Shown piece after piece: positions 21,705-30,083 of a DNA stretch of 64,000 nt (positions within the stretch are counted from its first letter, which is position 1; each line of letters starts with the position of its first letter). Made by a program: the position numbers and the translations under genes. This stretch comes from a virus (Duplodnaviria; Caudoviricetes). The stretch is from the IMG/VR virus record IMGVR_UViG_3300022602_000027; one strand, 5' to 3'. Under the pieces are notes generated by a model. It was not told the DNA's origin and did no database searches. It saw only the letters and a program-made list of their open reading frames with translations.

Positions 21705-22587
21705 AATAATTGAACAAGACATCATCTTTCTCAGCTACGATGAACCAAATGCTGAAAAAAATTATGCAGACTTACTTACTAAAGTGCCTTGGGCAAAACG
21801 TGTTCATGGAGTTAAAGGTAGTGATGCCGCACACAAGGCCTGTGCGGCATTAAGTGATACTGAGTATTTTGTTACAGTGGATGCAGACAATATTGTAGAT
21901 CCTAAATTTTTAGAAGTTGAAATTGACTTAGATGCATTAGGACTAACAAGTGAAAATGTATTTTCATGGTGTGGTAAAATTCATGTTAATGGACTTATGT
22001 ATGGCAATGGTGGACTAAAACTGTGGACTAAAGAGTTTGTTAACAATATGCGTACACATGAAAATGCCGCAATTGATGATGCAAAAGGCCGTGTAGAATT
22101 TTGTTTCGACGACAAATATTATCAATTTAATGATAGCTATTCAGAAAGTTTTACAAATGCTACGCCTTTCCAAGCGTGGCGTGCCGGATTCCGTGAAGGT
22201 GTTAAGATGAGTTTAAATCAAGGTATGAAAACTAATGATTTAAAAAAGGTATGGTGGCAAAACTATCATAGATTATTAGTTTGGTGTACAGTAGGTGCAG
22301 ATGTTGAAAACGGTATTTGGAGTGTATTAGGTGCTAGAGAAGGCTGTTACATGACAATGTTTACTGACTGGGATTATGCAAACGTTCGCGATTTTGAATG
22401 GTTAACTACTCATTGGGAAACAACACACGAACAAGCAGAGCCAGAAAAAATAACAGAATATATAAATTTTTTAGGCAAATATTTAATGAAGCATAGTGAA
22501 TTAGAAATTGCCAATTTAGATCCAGCTGGTAGTAAGTTTTTTAAAACCGTCTACTTAAATACACCTCGAGTAATTAGAAGACGATAA
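21691..22587 (+). CDS. GT-A fold glycosyltransferase (GT2-like)
   Basis: IIFLSYDEPNA...RVHGVKGSDAAH.AC...YFVTVDAD (DxD); YGNGGLKLW; AWRAGFREG. Confidence 0.65.
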   Translation: MTKIKIIEQDIIFLSYDEPNAEKNYADLLTKVPWAKRVHGVKGSDAAHKACAALSDTEYFVTVDADNIVDPKFLEVEIDLDALGLTSENVFSWCGKIHVNGLMYGNGGLKLWTKEFVNNMRTHENAAIDDAKGRVEFCFDDKYYQFNDSYSESFTNATPFQAWRAGFREGVKMSLNQGMKTNDLKKVWWQNYHRLLVWCTVGADVENGIWSVLGAREGCYMTMFTDWDYANVRDFEWLTTHWETTHEQAEPEKITEYINFLGKYLMKHSELEIANLDPAGSKFFKTVYLNTPRVIRRR

Positions 22588-23267
22588 TGTACGATATAGT
22601 TTTTATTTCATATAATGAGCCAGATGCAGAAGAAAATTTTGCTAGCCTAAAAGAACGTTTTCCTAGAGCAAAACGTGTAGATGGTGTCAAAGGAATACAT
22701 CAAGCACACATTGCCGCGGCAAAGAAATGTTTTACTCGTATGTTCTGGGTAGTGGATGGCGATGCAGTTATATTAAATGATTTCAATTTTGATTATAAAG
22801 TTCCAGATGACGAGCTGGATGTAGTCCATGTTTGGCGTAGTATTAATCCTATTAATAATTTAAGTTATGGATACGGAGGAGTAAAATTATTGCCAAAACA
22901 AATGACTATAAACATGGATACCAATACTACTGATATGACTATGAGTATTAGCAGTAAATTTAAAGCCATGGATACAGTAAGTAACATTACAGCATTTAAT
23001 ACAGATGAGTTTAGTACTTGGCGTAGTGCTTTTAGAGAATGTTGTAAATTAGCTGTAATTAATAATGAAGAGTCTTTGGCTAGATTATATTTCTGGTGTA
23101 AGTTAAATCAACATGCGCAATTTGGCGGATATGCTTATATGGGTGCTATCCAAGGTCGTGAATATGGTGAAAAAAATGCCTCCAATAAGGAGGCACTTGC
23201 TAAGATAAATGATTTTATTTGGCTAAAAGATCGTTGGCTAGAGGGAAAACCTGAGCTATTACTTTAG
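22587..23267 (+). CDS. GT-A fold glycosyltransferase (GT2-like), paralogue
   Basis: IVFISYNEPDA...RVDGVKGIHQAH...FWVVDGD (DxD); YGYGGVKLLP; WRSAFREC. Confidence 0.65.
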   Translation: MYDIVFISYNEPDAEENFASLKERFPRAKRVDGVKGIHQAHIAAAKKCFTRMFWVVDGDAVILNDFNFDYKVPDDELDVVHVWRSINPINNLSYGYGGVKLLPKQMTINMDTNTTDMTMSISSKFKAMDTVSNITAFNTDEFSTWRSAFRECCKLAVINNEESLARLYFWCKLNQHAQFGGYAYMGAIQGREYGEKNASNKEALAKINDFIWLKDRWLEGKPELLL

Positions 23268-23904
23268 CACATTCTATAGCAACTTCTTGGTGCTCTTTCT
23301 GAGTACCATTTGCACTACGTAACTCAATAAAATGAATCCAACTGCGTAGTGTACCATTCATATATAAACGACTTACTGTAAGTCCTTCGGGCAATACAGC
23401 ACGAGCTTGTTCTTTAGCAATACCATTCTTAATAGCCCAAGAATATTCTTGCTTAACTGCCCACAGTACACGTTTCTGAGCACGTTCCCATTCAATAGCT
23501 AATAGACGTTGCTCGTTATTATTCATATCAAACTCTACACTATTTTGTCTATTGTTGGTGTCTTGAAATCTTGCTTCTCGTAGTACAAACGCATCATCAA
23601 GCTCTGCCGTTGGGTCGGCATAACGTTGGCTAAACTCTTGGAAGCTGAAACTTCTGTGTCGCAAGATTTGCCGTGCAATATCTCGTGTTGTCGTAATTTC
23701 CATGCAAGCTGAAACCATTTCGAGTGGACTCCAGTGTTGATGTCTGATGAGGTATTTGATGAGTTTTTCACTTGTTTCTGTGTTAAGTTGGTTGGAGGGA
23801 TTTGATACTCTTGCGCAATACGCAATAAGTTCTTGAGCATCGCTAATACCTAATGCTTCAAACTCTGCTGTTGGCTGACTATAACTTAGTAGTTTAACAT
23901 TCAT
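23215..23904 (-). CDS. thyX: FAD-dependent thymidylate synthase
   Basis: HWSPLE, RQILRHRSFSFQEFSQRY (ThyX RHR...S.RY motif), EQARAVLP, NGTLRSWIHF..LR, QKEH. Confidence 0.97.
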   Translation of the reverse strand: MNVKLLSYSQPTAEFEALGISDAQELIAYCARVSNPSNQLNTETSEKLIKYLIRHQHWSPLEMVSACMEITTTRDIARQILRHRSFSFQEFSQRYADPTAELDDAFVLREARFQDTNNRQNSVEFDMNNNEQRLLAIEWERAQKRVLWAVKQEYSWAIKNGIAKEQARAVLPEGLTVSRLYMNGTLRSWIHFIELRSANGTQKEHQEVAIECAKVIAQVFPLANDLLAK

Positions 23905-24225
23905 CTATAGTTTCTTTTTCTTTAAAAATTGTTGGGTTTGTTTTTCCATATCTTTGCGAATGCTTTCTGTATCTAATTTAAAGTCAACATCGTGGATGTT
24001 GTCTTCGTAATTTTTACAAATTTCCGCTAGATTTTTTTCAAAAGACTGCCAACCTTCTCGACGTGTCTTTGCTGTTATTTTTATTTCCCAAATCTTGCCA
24101 TCCTTAAAATTGACCAGAACGGTATGGAGATACCTGAGAGGTAACACATTGAGCTTTACCTCACTAAAAACTTCTGGCCATTTTTCAATAACGTCTTTGG
24201 GAAGTTTTCTTCCCGATTTCGTCAC
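23905..24225 (-). CDS. Hypothetical protein
   Basis: 106-aa ORF with GTG start, coupled to its neighbours. Confidence 0.65.
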   Translation of the reverse strand: MTKSGRKLPKDVIEKWPEVFSEVKLNVLPLRYLHTVLVNFKDGKIWEIKITAKTRREGWQSFEKNLAEICKNYEDNIHDVDFKLDTESIRKDMEKQTQQFLKKKKL

Positions 24226-24851
24226 GCTGGATCTTTAGCCTTCTTCTTTACAGTAGGAACTAACGCTTCTGCTTTACGGCGCATTTCAGCGGCTTGTTTA
24301 GCCAATGCATCTGCTTGGCTACGGAAGAATTTTGCTTGCTCTTCTGGGCTAGCACTAGCATCAGGTGCTTCTACTACTTTAGCAGTTGCTTTTGGAGTAT
24401 CAGCTTTAACAGTTGGGTCAGCTGGAATAGATTTTGGATCAGCCGCCTTGCTAGGTGTAGATGGATCCTTCATTGCCAAATCATCTACCGCAAGACCACG
24501 TTGTTCGGCAATAATTTGATTTAACTCTGAAAGTAAAATAGCTGTTGCCGGTGTTGGAGTCATTTCAATATCGCTAGTTGGTGCCTTAATTAGTCTTCCT
24601 GAAGCATGTAGGCTTGGAAGCATTGTTGCGCCATCTGGAAATTGTGTACGTGCTAGAGCTTCTGCAAACTCATAGCTGTCTTGACCACTGCCACTCTCTA
24701 CTAGATTAATAAGTGCATCGTGATAGATATCTGGTAGATTTTCTGTTGGGATAATTAGGCAATTATATGCATCGCCTGGCAATGTGCGATAAGCTACTAA
24801 ACATTTTTTATTAGTAGCTTTGACACGTGCCACGTGTTTAAGTTCAGCCAT
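24222..24851 (-). CDS. Hypothetical protein with Ala/Pro/Lys linker and C-terminal coiled coil
   Basis: 209-aa ORF with SD GGAG. Confidence 0.7.
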   Translation of the reverse strand: MAELKHVARVKATNKKCLVAYRTLPGDAYNCLIIPTENLPDIYHDALINLVESGSGQDSYEFAEALARTQFPDGATMLPSLHASGRLIKAPTSDIEMTPTPATAILLSELNQIIAEQRGLAVDDLAMKDPSTPSKAADPKSIPADPTVKADTPKATAKVVEAPDASASPEEQAKFFRSQADALAKQAAEMRRKAEALVPTVKKKAKDPA

Positions 24852-24852
24852 A

Positions 24853-25104
24853 TTAAGCTCCTGTAGCTGGCGCTGTGGCGTCTGCCGGTTGTTGACCTTG
24901 TGGTTGTTGTTTAGCTACTGCATCCAAGAATGTAGTTAACTTAGTATATGTTTGTCCAACTGCTACCATTTCATTTGGTTTAAATGCGCCACGTGAGCTA
25001 GCAATATCGATAATAACTTTAAGTGCGTTTAAGTCATTAATTGTTAGGTCAGTGCTTTGTGCGGCTGGATCTGCTTGTTGTGGGGTTTGTGTTGTATCAG
25101 TCAT
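24853..25104 (-). CDS. Small hypothetical protein
   Basis: 83 aa with AAGGAG SD; helical core DLTINDL..L..IIDIASSRGAFK. Confidence 0.7.
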   Translation of the reverse strand: MTDTTQTPQQADPAAQSTDLTINDLNALKVIIDIASSRGAFKPNEMVAVGQTYTKLTTFLDAVAKQQPQGQQPADATAPATGA

Positions 25105-25137
25105 GGTATCTCCTTAATATAATCTGTACTTACTTAA

Positions 25138-25425
25138 TTATCTTTGTTCTAAAAGTGGACAGGCAATCTTGAAAAAACTTAATTCTTTTTCACTTTCAAA
25201 ACCAATCATAGTAATATATACGATTGTGTTAGTGTGATCTAACTCAAGACTTTGTCCTATGTAGTACCTATTATTTAAGTTATGGCGGATCCAATTGTCT
25301 ATAGATTTGATAAAGTTTGGATTGTACTTATCTAATGTAGTATATTTAAAATGCGGACAGGCAAACTCAACCCTCCGCAAGTTAAAATAATTAAGAGGAT
25401 TAGGTTTACCTGTCTTTAATGCCAT
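25138..25425 (-). CDS. Hypothetical protein
   Basis: 95 aa; start overlaps the stop of the upstream gene. Confidence 0.6.
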   Translation of the reverse strand: MALKTGKPNPLNYFNLRRVEFACPHFKYTTLDKYNPNFIKSIDNWIRHNLNNRYYIGQSLELDHTNTIVYITMIGFESEKELSFFKIACPLLEQR

Positions 25426-26609
25426 TATGCGCCTACTTTTGCAAATTCGTAATAAGCATATTCTCCAAATGGTGGAACAATCTTATCGTTGCCGTGAATG
25501 ATGAATACTGTATCACAGTAGTTTTCATCACCCCAGCTACCCCAAGGATAACCGTCTGTAAACATAATGAACTTTTTGGGTTCAATGTCATTTTCCTTCA
25601 TGTATTCCCAATTGACATCAAACTCAGTTCCGCCACCACCCATTGGTTCATACTCGTCAAACTCATCCATTGTATAACCATCATAATCTTGCTCGTTATA
25701 CACTTTAGTATCAAAACACCATACTTTAATTTTAAAGTCTTGATATTCTTGCATAATGCCTTTAATCTCTGACAAGAAGTCTTTTGCTTGCTCATCACCA
25801 ATTGATCCTGACATATCAATTGCTACGCAAATATCAATTGTTTCTTTAAATTGTGTACCTGGCAATACTGCATTCATGTGCCAACCCTTACGATTAGGAC
25901 GCATAAATGTGTAATCATTTTTAATAACACTTTGGATTTGCTGACGCAAAATATCACGCCAATTCATTTTAGGTTCTGTAAGTTCCTTAATCATACGTTG
26001 TACGCTTGCAGGAGTATTACCAGCACCTGCGGCTTGTGCCGCTTGAATTGTTGCTTCGCGAATTTCGTCACGAATTTCTTTTAGTTGTTCTTTACTTAAA
26101 GTTGGGCGACCATCTTTACCTTCTTTTTCCCAATCAATATGCTCGTCGAGTAATTGACCAAGTTGATTCAATTGTTCCTCGTCCATATCGTCATAAATCT
26201 TATCATAAATTTCTTCAGCACTCATGCCGTAATATTTAGGATCATGAAAGATTTTAATATCTGGGATTTGATGATCACCGATATGGTCTCGCACTAATTG
26301 TCCGTTAACAGTATAGTCACAGGCAATGTTAAAGATTTGAGGATCGCGTCCTTCACGACGTGTCATGTGATCAAAAACATTGTGTAAGATTTCGTGTGCA
26401 ATGACAAACTCTACCTGTTTAACGGTAAGTTTTTCAAAAAACTCACGACAGAAATAAATGTTACGACCATCTGTTGCGGCAGTTGGCAACCATTTTTCTG
26501 CTTCCTGAATCTTCAAACGTGTAGCCATGTTACCAAAAAACGGATGCTTTAAAAGCAAACCTACACGAGCTACAATAATTTTGTCTATGACTGGATCTGA
26601 ATGTGACAT
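25425..26609 (-). CDS. Metallopeptidase (HExxH) plus VWA domain protein, DUF2201-like MoxR partner
   Basis: TAATDGR...IAHEILH (zincin) and AIDMSGSI (MIDAS DxSxS), GGGGTEF, FTDGY. Start moved to ATG 26609, which has an AAGGAG SD and an upstream promoter. Confidence 0.88.
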   Translation of the reverse strand: MSHSDPVIDKIIVARVGLLLKHPFFGNMATRLKIQEAEKWLPTAATDGRNIYFCREFFEKLTVKQVEFVIAHEILHNVFDHMTRREGRDPQIFNIACDYTVNGQLVRDHIGDHQIPDIKIFHDPKYYGMSAEEIYDKIYDDMDEEQLNQLGQLLDEHIDWEKEGKDGRPTLSKEQLKEIRDEIREATIQAAQAAGAGNTPASVQRMIKELTEPKMNWRDILRQQIQSVIKNDYTFMRPNRKGWHMNAVLPGTQFKETIDICVAIDMSGSIGDEQAKDFLSEIKGIMQEYQDFKIKVWCFDTKVYNEQDYDGYTMDEFDEYEPMGGGGTEFDVNWEYMKENDIEPKKFIMFTDGYPWGSWGDENYCDTVFIIHGNDKIVPPFGEYAYYEFAKVGA

Positions 26610-26634
26610 ACTTGCTCCTTTTACGTATGTATAT

Positions 26635-26663
26635 ATTATAACACCTCCCGTAGGAGGTGTCAA
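26635..26663 (-). promoter_or_regulatory. Consensus sigma70 promoter TTGACA-N17-TATAAT with a hairpin spacer
   Basis: -35 at 26663-26658 and -10 at 26640-26635; ACACCTCC-TACG-GGAGGTGT perfect 8-bp inverted repeat at 26641-26660. Confidence 0.85.
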
Positions 26664-26679
26664 TTGGTACTAAGCCAAA

Positions 26680-27771
26680 TTACTTCTCAGTTGCGGCGCT
26701 AATGTACTTACCAAACTTAGCGTGGAAGTCGTCAAAGCACTTAATTTCATCTGGATCCAACGGCAACTTGTATTGGCTAAGAGCAATTTTAGTACCCATA
26801 ATAACCAATTCTGTTTCAAAATTGTCCATGATAAATTGGAAGAAGTAGTTAACTTGATCGTTCCAGTTTTTGGCTTTCTTTTCACAAGAGTCTTTAAGCT
26901 CGTAGCACAATGACACAGTCAAAGAATACATAGCTGAAATCTCTTTTGAGTCCATCTTTTTAACCTTACCACTCAAAATATCTGATGGGTTAGGCATTTT
27001 GGACGCATGTTTACGGTGAGCCATAAACTTAATAGCAAGTCCTTCACCAACTGAACCTGACACCAAATCTGTTAGTGTTTCAGTATCAACATCGTCATCT
27101 GTAAGCAATTCGCTTACAAAAGACCAAGAGCGTGGTGTAGCAAAAGAGCGTGAGCTAGATTTTGGATCAAAATCGTATAAGTCCTTTTTACTAAATGTTA
27201 GGAAACCAATAACATCTGGGTGAACACCGTTATCAACAGCCCACTCAAAATAGTCATCCCAGTCTACTGTCATTTCCAAGTGAACAAAACGATTAGCCAA
27301 CGGGCTAGGCATACGATAGCTAACACCCTTGTCAGTTTCACGGTTACCAGCGGCAACCATTACTACGTTATCTGGCAACTCGTATGTGCCAACTTTACGA
27401 TTAAGAACTAACTGATAAGCCGCCGCTTGTACGCTAGGAGCCGCTGAATTAAGCTCGTCCATAAAAAGGATAATTTGTTTATGCTTTGATGCAAAGTCTT
27501 TGCTTGGCAATTCTGAAGGAGGTGCCCAACGCATGGTACCTTCATTGCTATCAAAATATGGAATACCTTTAATGTCAGTAGGTTCCCAAAGGCTCAAACG
27601 TACATCAATTACGTGAGCACCAAGTTCTTCACCTAGCTGTTTAATGATATCTGATTTACCAATACCTGGAGGGCCCCAGATAAAGATTGGACGCTTACTA
27701 TTAAAAGCCTTACGCAAAGACTTTTTAGCGCCTTTTGGACCCACTGTACGGGTTACTAGTTCTTTTGCCAT
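26680..27771 (-). CDS. MoxR-family AAA+ ATPase
   Basis: Walker A GPPGIGKS, Walker B ILFMDE, AAGNR, PLANRF, TPRSW. Confidence 0.92.
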   Translation of the reverse strand: MAKELVTRTVGPKGAKKSLRKAFNSKRPIFIWGPPGIGKSDIIKQLGEELGAHVIDVRLSLWEPTDIKGIPYFDSNEGTMRWAPPSELPSKDFASKHKQIILFMDELNSAAPSVQAAAYQLVLNRKVGTYELPDNVVMVAAGNRETDKGVSYRMPSPLANRFVHLEMTVDWDDYFEWAVDNGVHPDVIGFLTFSKKDLYDFDPKSSSRSFATPRSWSFVSELLTDDDVDTETLTDLVSGSVGEGLAIKFMAHRKHASKMPNPSDILSGKVKKMDSKEISAMYSLTVSLCYELKDSCEKKAKNWNDQVNYFFQFIMDNFETELVIMGTKIALSQYKLPLDPDEIKCFDDFHAKFGKYISAATEK

Positions 27772-27824
27772 TTTGTTTCCTATCTTAGTTAAAGGTGAAC
27801 TGTATTTGTTTCGTTACAGTAGTA

Positions 27825-27853
27825 ATTATACAGTCAACTTGTAGGAAAGTCAA
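27825..27853 (-). promoter_or_regulatory. sigma70 promoter TTGACT-N17-TATAAT
   Basis: -35 at 27853-27848 and -10 at 27830-27825, upstream of the MoxR gene. Confidence 0.8.
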
Positions 27854-28245
27854 TGCGAATCTAGATCTTTTTCTCGCTCATTTATGGCTTTAATTAAGCC
27901 AAATTTTCTAATGTCGTCTGAAAACAACATTAGCTCAAAACTCTTGCGTTCAGTAAACACAGTAATGCTTTGATTGGTAAGATAATATGGAGTGTCTAAA
28001 TATCTTTCCAAAAATATAATAGTTTGGGGACTGAGCTCAATTGGTTCAGTAAAGGGAATTTCGTATTCTCTTAACGACAGTTCTTGCACTAAGAACATGT
28101 ATCCTGTATCACTTAATCGAAATGATTGTTTACCAGATCTATTTGATTGCCACCAAGTACGATTGTACATTTCGAGATTTGCTTCGTCTGCACTTTTACC
28201 CCATTGTTCTAAAAAAATCTTAGTTAGGGTATTTCGAGAAATCAT
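27850..28245 (-). CDS. Hypothetical protein
   Basis: 131-aa ORF with ATGA coupling. Confidence 0.65.
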   Translation of the reverse strand: MISRNTLTKIFLEQWGKSADEANLEMYNRTWWQSNRSGKQSFRLSDTGYMFLVQELSLREYEIPFTEPIELSPQTIIFLERYLDTPYYLTNQSITVFTERKSFELMLFSDDIRKFGLIKAINEREKDLDSH

Positions 28246-28526
28246 TTTATTATTGTACCTTGTGTTAGCATAACAACTTGGAAATCCTCAGTTCCAAACT
28301 GTAAATTCAATTTCTTTGCCAAATTATGTGCGTGGCCAGGATTTGAAAAAGAAACTTTTTTATACTTAGGTCCGGGATAATTAACAATGCTATTAAACGA
28401 TTTTAAATTAAATGGTTCGTTTTTATAAAATACTGCCCAAATGGCATCAGCCTCCAAAATCTGCTCAGCCTTATAGTTCTTCTTGTTAACGTACTCTAAT
28501 AGTACCTTAGGTTTTGGTCGACTCAT
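28242..28526 (-). CDS. Conserved hypothetical protein (MSRPKPKVLLE...YPGPKYKKVSFSNPGHA)
   Basis: 94 aa from ATG 28526, downstream of a late promoter. Confidence 0.7.
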   Translation of the reverse strand: MSRPKPKVLLEYVNKKNYKAEQILEADAIWAVFYKNEPFNLKSFNSIVNYPGPKYKKVSFSNPGHAHNLAKKLNLQFGTEDFQVVMLTQGTIIK

Positions 28527-28555
28527 AATATGCATACCCCAGATATATACGCATA

Positions 28556-28563
28556 TATTTATC
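28556..28563 (-). promoter_or_regulatory. Late promoter GATAAATA
   Basis: Reverse complement tatttatc, 30 nt upstream of the 28526 start. Confidence 0.6.
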
Positions 28564-28564
28564 C

Positions 28565-28810
28565 TTACTTGTCGCTAAACCCACCGCCGTCAATTTCAAT
28601 TTGTACTTCTTCTTGACTTACATAACCTTTAAGGCTATTAAACATACTTTCATAGTCTCGATTTACTTTATCTTGTATTTCTACTAAGGCTAGGCCAAGT
28701 AAGCGAGCCTGCTGAATAGTCATTTTAACTTCTTTACTTTGACTTAATTCAGCGGCTCTTAGTATTTGTGCAAATTGTGTTAATGGTGTTAAATTAATCT
28801 GATTTTGCAT
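28565..28810 (-). CDS. Hypothetical protein
   Basis: 81 aa; ends in EIDGGGFSDK. Confidence 0.65.
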   Translation of the reverse strand: MQNQINLTPLTQFAQILRAAELSQSKEVKMTIQQARLLGLALVEIQDKVNRDYESMFNSLKGYVSQEEVQIEIDGGGFSDK

Positions 28811-29273
28811 TAGCAAGTACCTGTTTCATTTCAAGTTCACTTTTAAATGGACCTTTATATTCATTACGTTCTAATGTAATTAGTTTAGGACAAAATGATT
28901 TAACCCAACCTTTATTAAACTTGATTGTGTAATAACCTGCACAGTACAAACTTTTACTAGCATTGCTCTTAGTAAACAATGGTAATTTTTCTTGTACATT
29001 GTACATTGGATTAAAGGGTTTTGAACTTGTTGGAAATCCGTGACATTCATGGACTTCTGGTTGAGTAACTTTAACTTTGGTGCTGGTTAGGAAAAATCCT
29101 TCTCCAAACTGTTTAGTTAAGTCTTGTTTTTTGTTAAACATAACTTCGCCGTTAGTACTACTTAAGACGAATTTATTATTTTCTTTTTTGTGTAGTGTTG
29201 CAACCTTAGAGCCATCTTGCTCTACGATCCAAAACTTACCATCCACAATAGGCTTGGCATGTATCTCTGTCAT
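28794..29273 (-). CDS. Conserved hypothetical protein (159 aa)
   Basis: Start moved to ATG 29273, which has an AAGGAG SD 6 nt upstream. The 35-codon extension in the ORF track looks like a structured leader. Confidence 0.7.
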   Translation of the reverse strand: MTEIHAKPIVDGKFWIVEQDGSKVATLHKKENNKFVLSSTNGEVMFNKKQDLTKQFGEGFFLTSTKVKVTQPEVHECHGFPTSSKPFNPMYNVQEKLPLFTKSNASKSLYCAGYYTIKFNKGWVKSFCPKLITLERNEYKGPFKSELEMKQVLANAKSD

Positions 29274-29362
29274 ATTTTTCTCCTTACACCCCGTAAATTT
29301 ATTTGGGCATGTTGTTTCGTACACACAATTACTAGGCCCCGAAGGCGCACTAGTAATATACG

Positions 29363-29370
29363 TATTTATC
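29363..29370 (-). promoter_or_regulatory. Late promoter GATAAATA followed by a structured 5' leader
   Basis: tatttatc on the + strand, followed on the - strand by an 8-bp stem with a cUUCGg loop (29357-29328). Confidence 0.6.
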
Positions 29371-29374
29371 TCTG

Positions 29375-29878
29375 TCATTCTTCAACAAAATCAACTACAT
29401 TGCCATCTGCATCTGCACAGATAATACGTACAGTTTCGTCAGCTTCGTTTTTAATTTCGATAGGACCCCAGATCCACCATTCGCTATCGTCTTGACTCCA
29501 TGGATCTTCTTCACGATCTTCTAATTCATAAACACTATTTTCATCGATGAATTCTTGAAGTTCTTCTTCCTCTTCTTCAGTGAGGTCTTCAAATTCAATA
29601 TCATACCAGCACCCGCCGTCATCCATGCTAATAAGTTCAACACTTTCAATGTTGTTAACTTCGCAGTCTAGCATATTGATACTGTCTTTTTTGCCATCAC
29701 CCCCGGGAACAAAAGTAAACTCAAATTCTGGAGGATTATCATCTGAAGTTTCTACAGTCCATTCACCCCAACGGAAACCGTTAGTGACTGTGAGTCGACC
29801 TTCGCCTTCACTTCGAACCCAATGTTCGACTTCCTGGCAAGATTTTTTATAGTATGTTCTAACGGTCCATGTTGCCAT
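29375..29878 (-). CDS. Acidic hypothetical protein
   Basis: 167 aa, D/E- and W-rich. Confidence 0.7.
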   Translation of the reverse strand: MATWTVRTYYKKSCQEVEHWVRSEGEGRLTVTNGFRWGEWTVETSDDNPPEFEFTFVPGGDGKKDSINMLDCEVNNIESVELISMDDGGCWYDIEFEDLTEEEEEELQEFIDENSVYELEDREEDPWSQDDSEWWIWGPIEIKNEADETVRIICADADGNVVDFVEE

Positions 29879-29888
29879 TTTTATCCCC

Positions 29889-30083
29889 TTATTCTGCCAA
29901 AGGTAATGCTAATGCTTCTTTAATAGCATCGATTAATTCGTCTTCACTGCCAACAATAACTTTGGCACTTTTCCAATCGTCATTGTCATCACGTCCACCT
30001 ACTTCAATCATAAAGCCGTTGTCATAACGGTTGATGGTAAAGCTCTCGTTTGCTTTTACTAGTTTTTCTGAAATTGCACTCAT
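29889..30083 (-). CDS. Small hypothetical protein
   Basis: 64 aa with ATGA overlap. Confidence 0.65.
   Translation of the reverse strand: MSAISEKLVKANESFTINRYDNGFMIEVGGRDDNDDWKSAKVIVGSEDELIDAIKEALALPLAE

Noticed and set aside
29274-29378. 194-aa long form of the ORF as the main product
   Set aside because: A strong SD, an internal late promoter and RNA stems favour the downstream ATG; the long form is retained only as a possible isoform.
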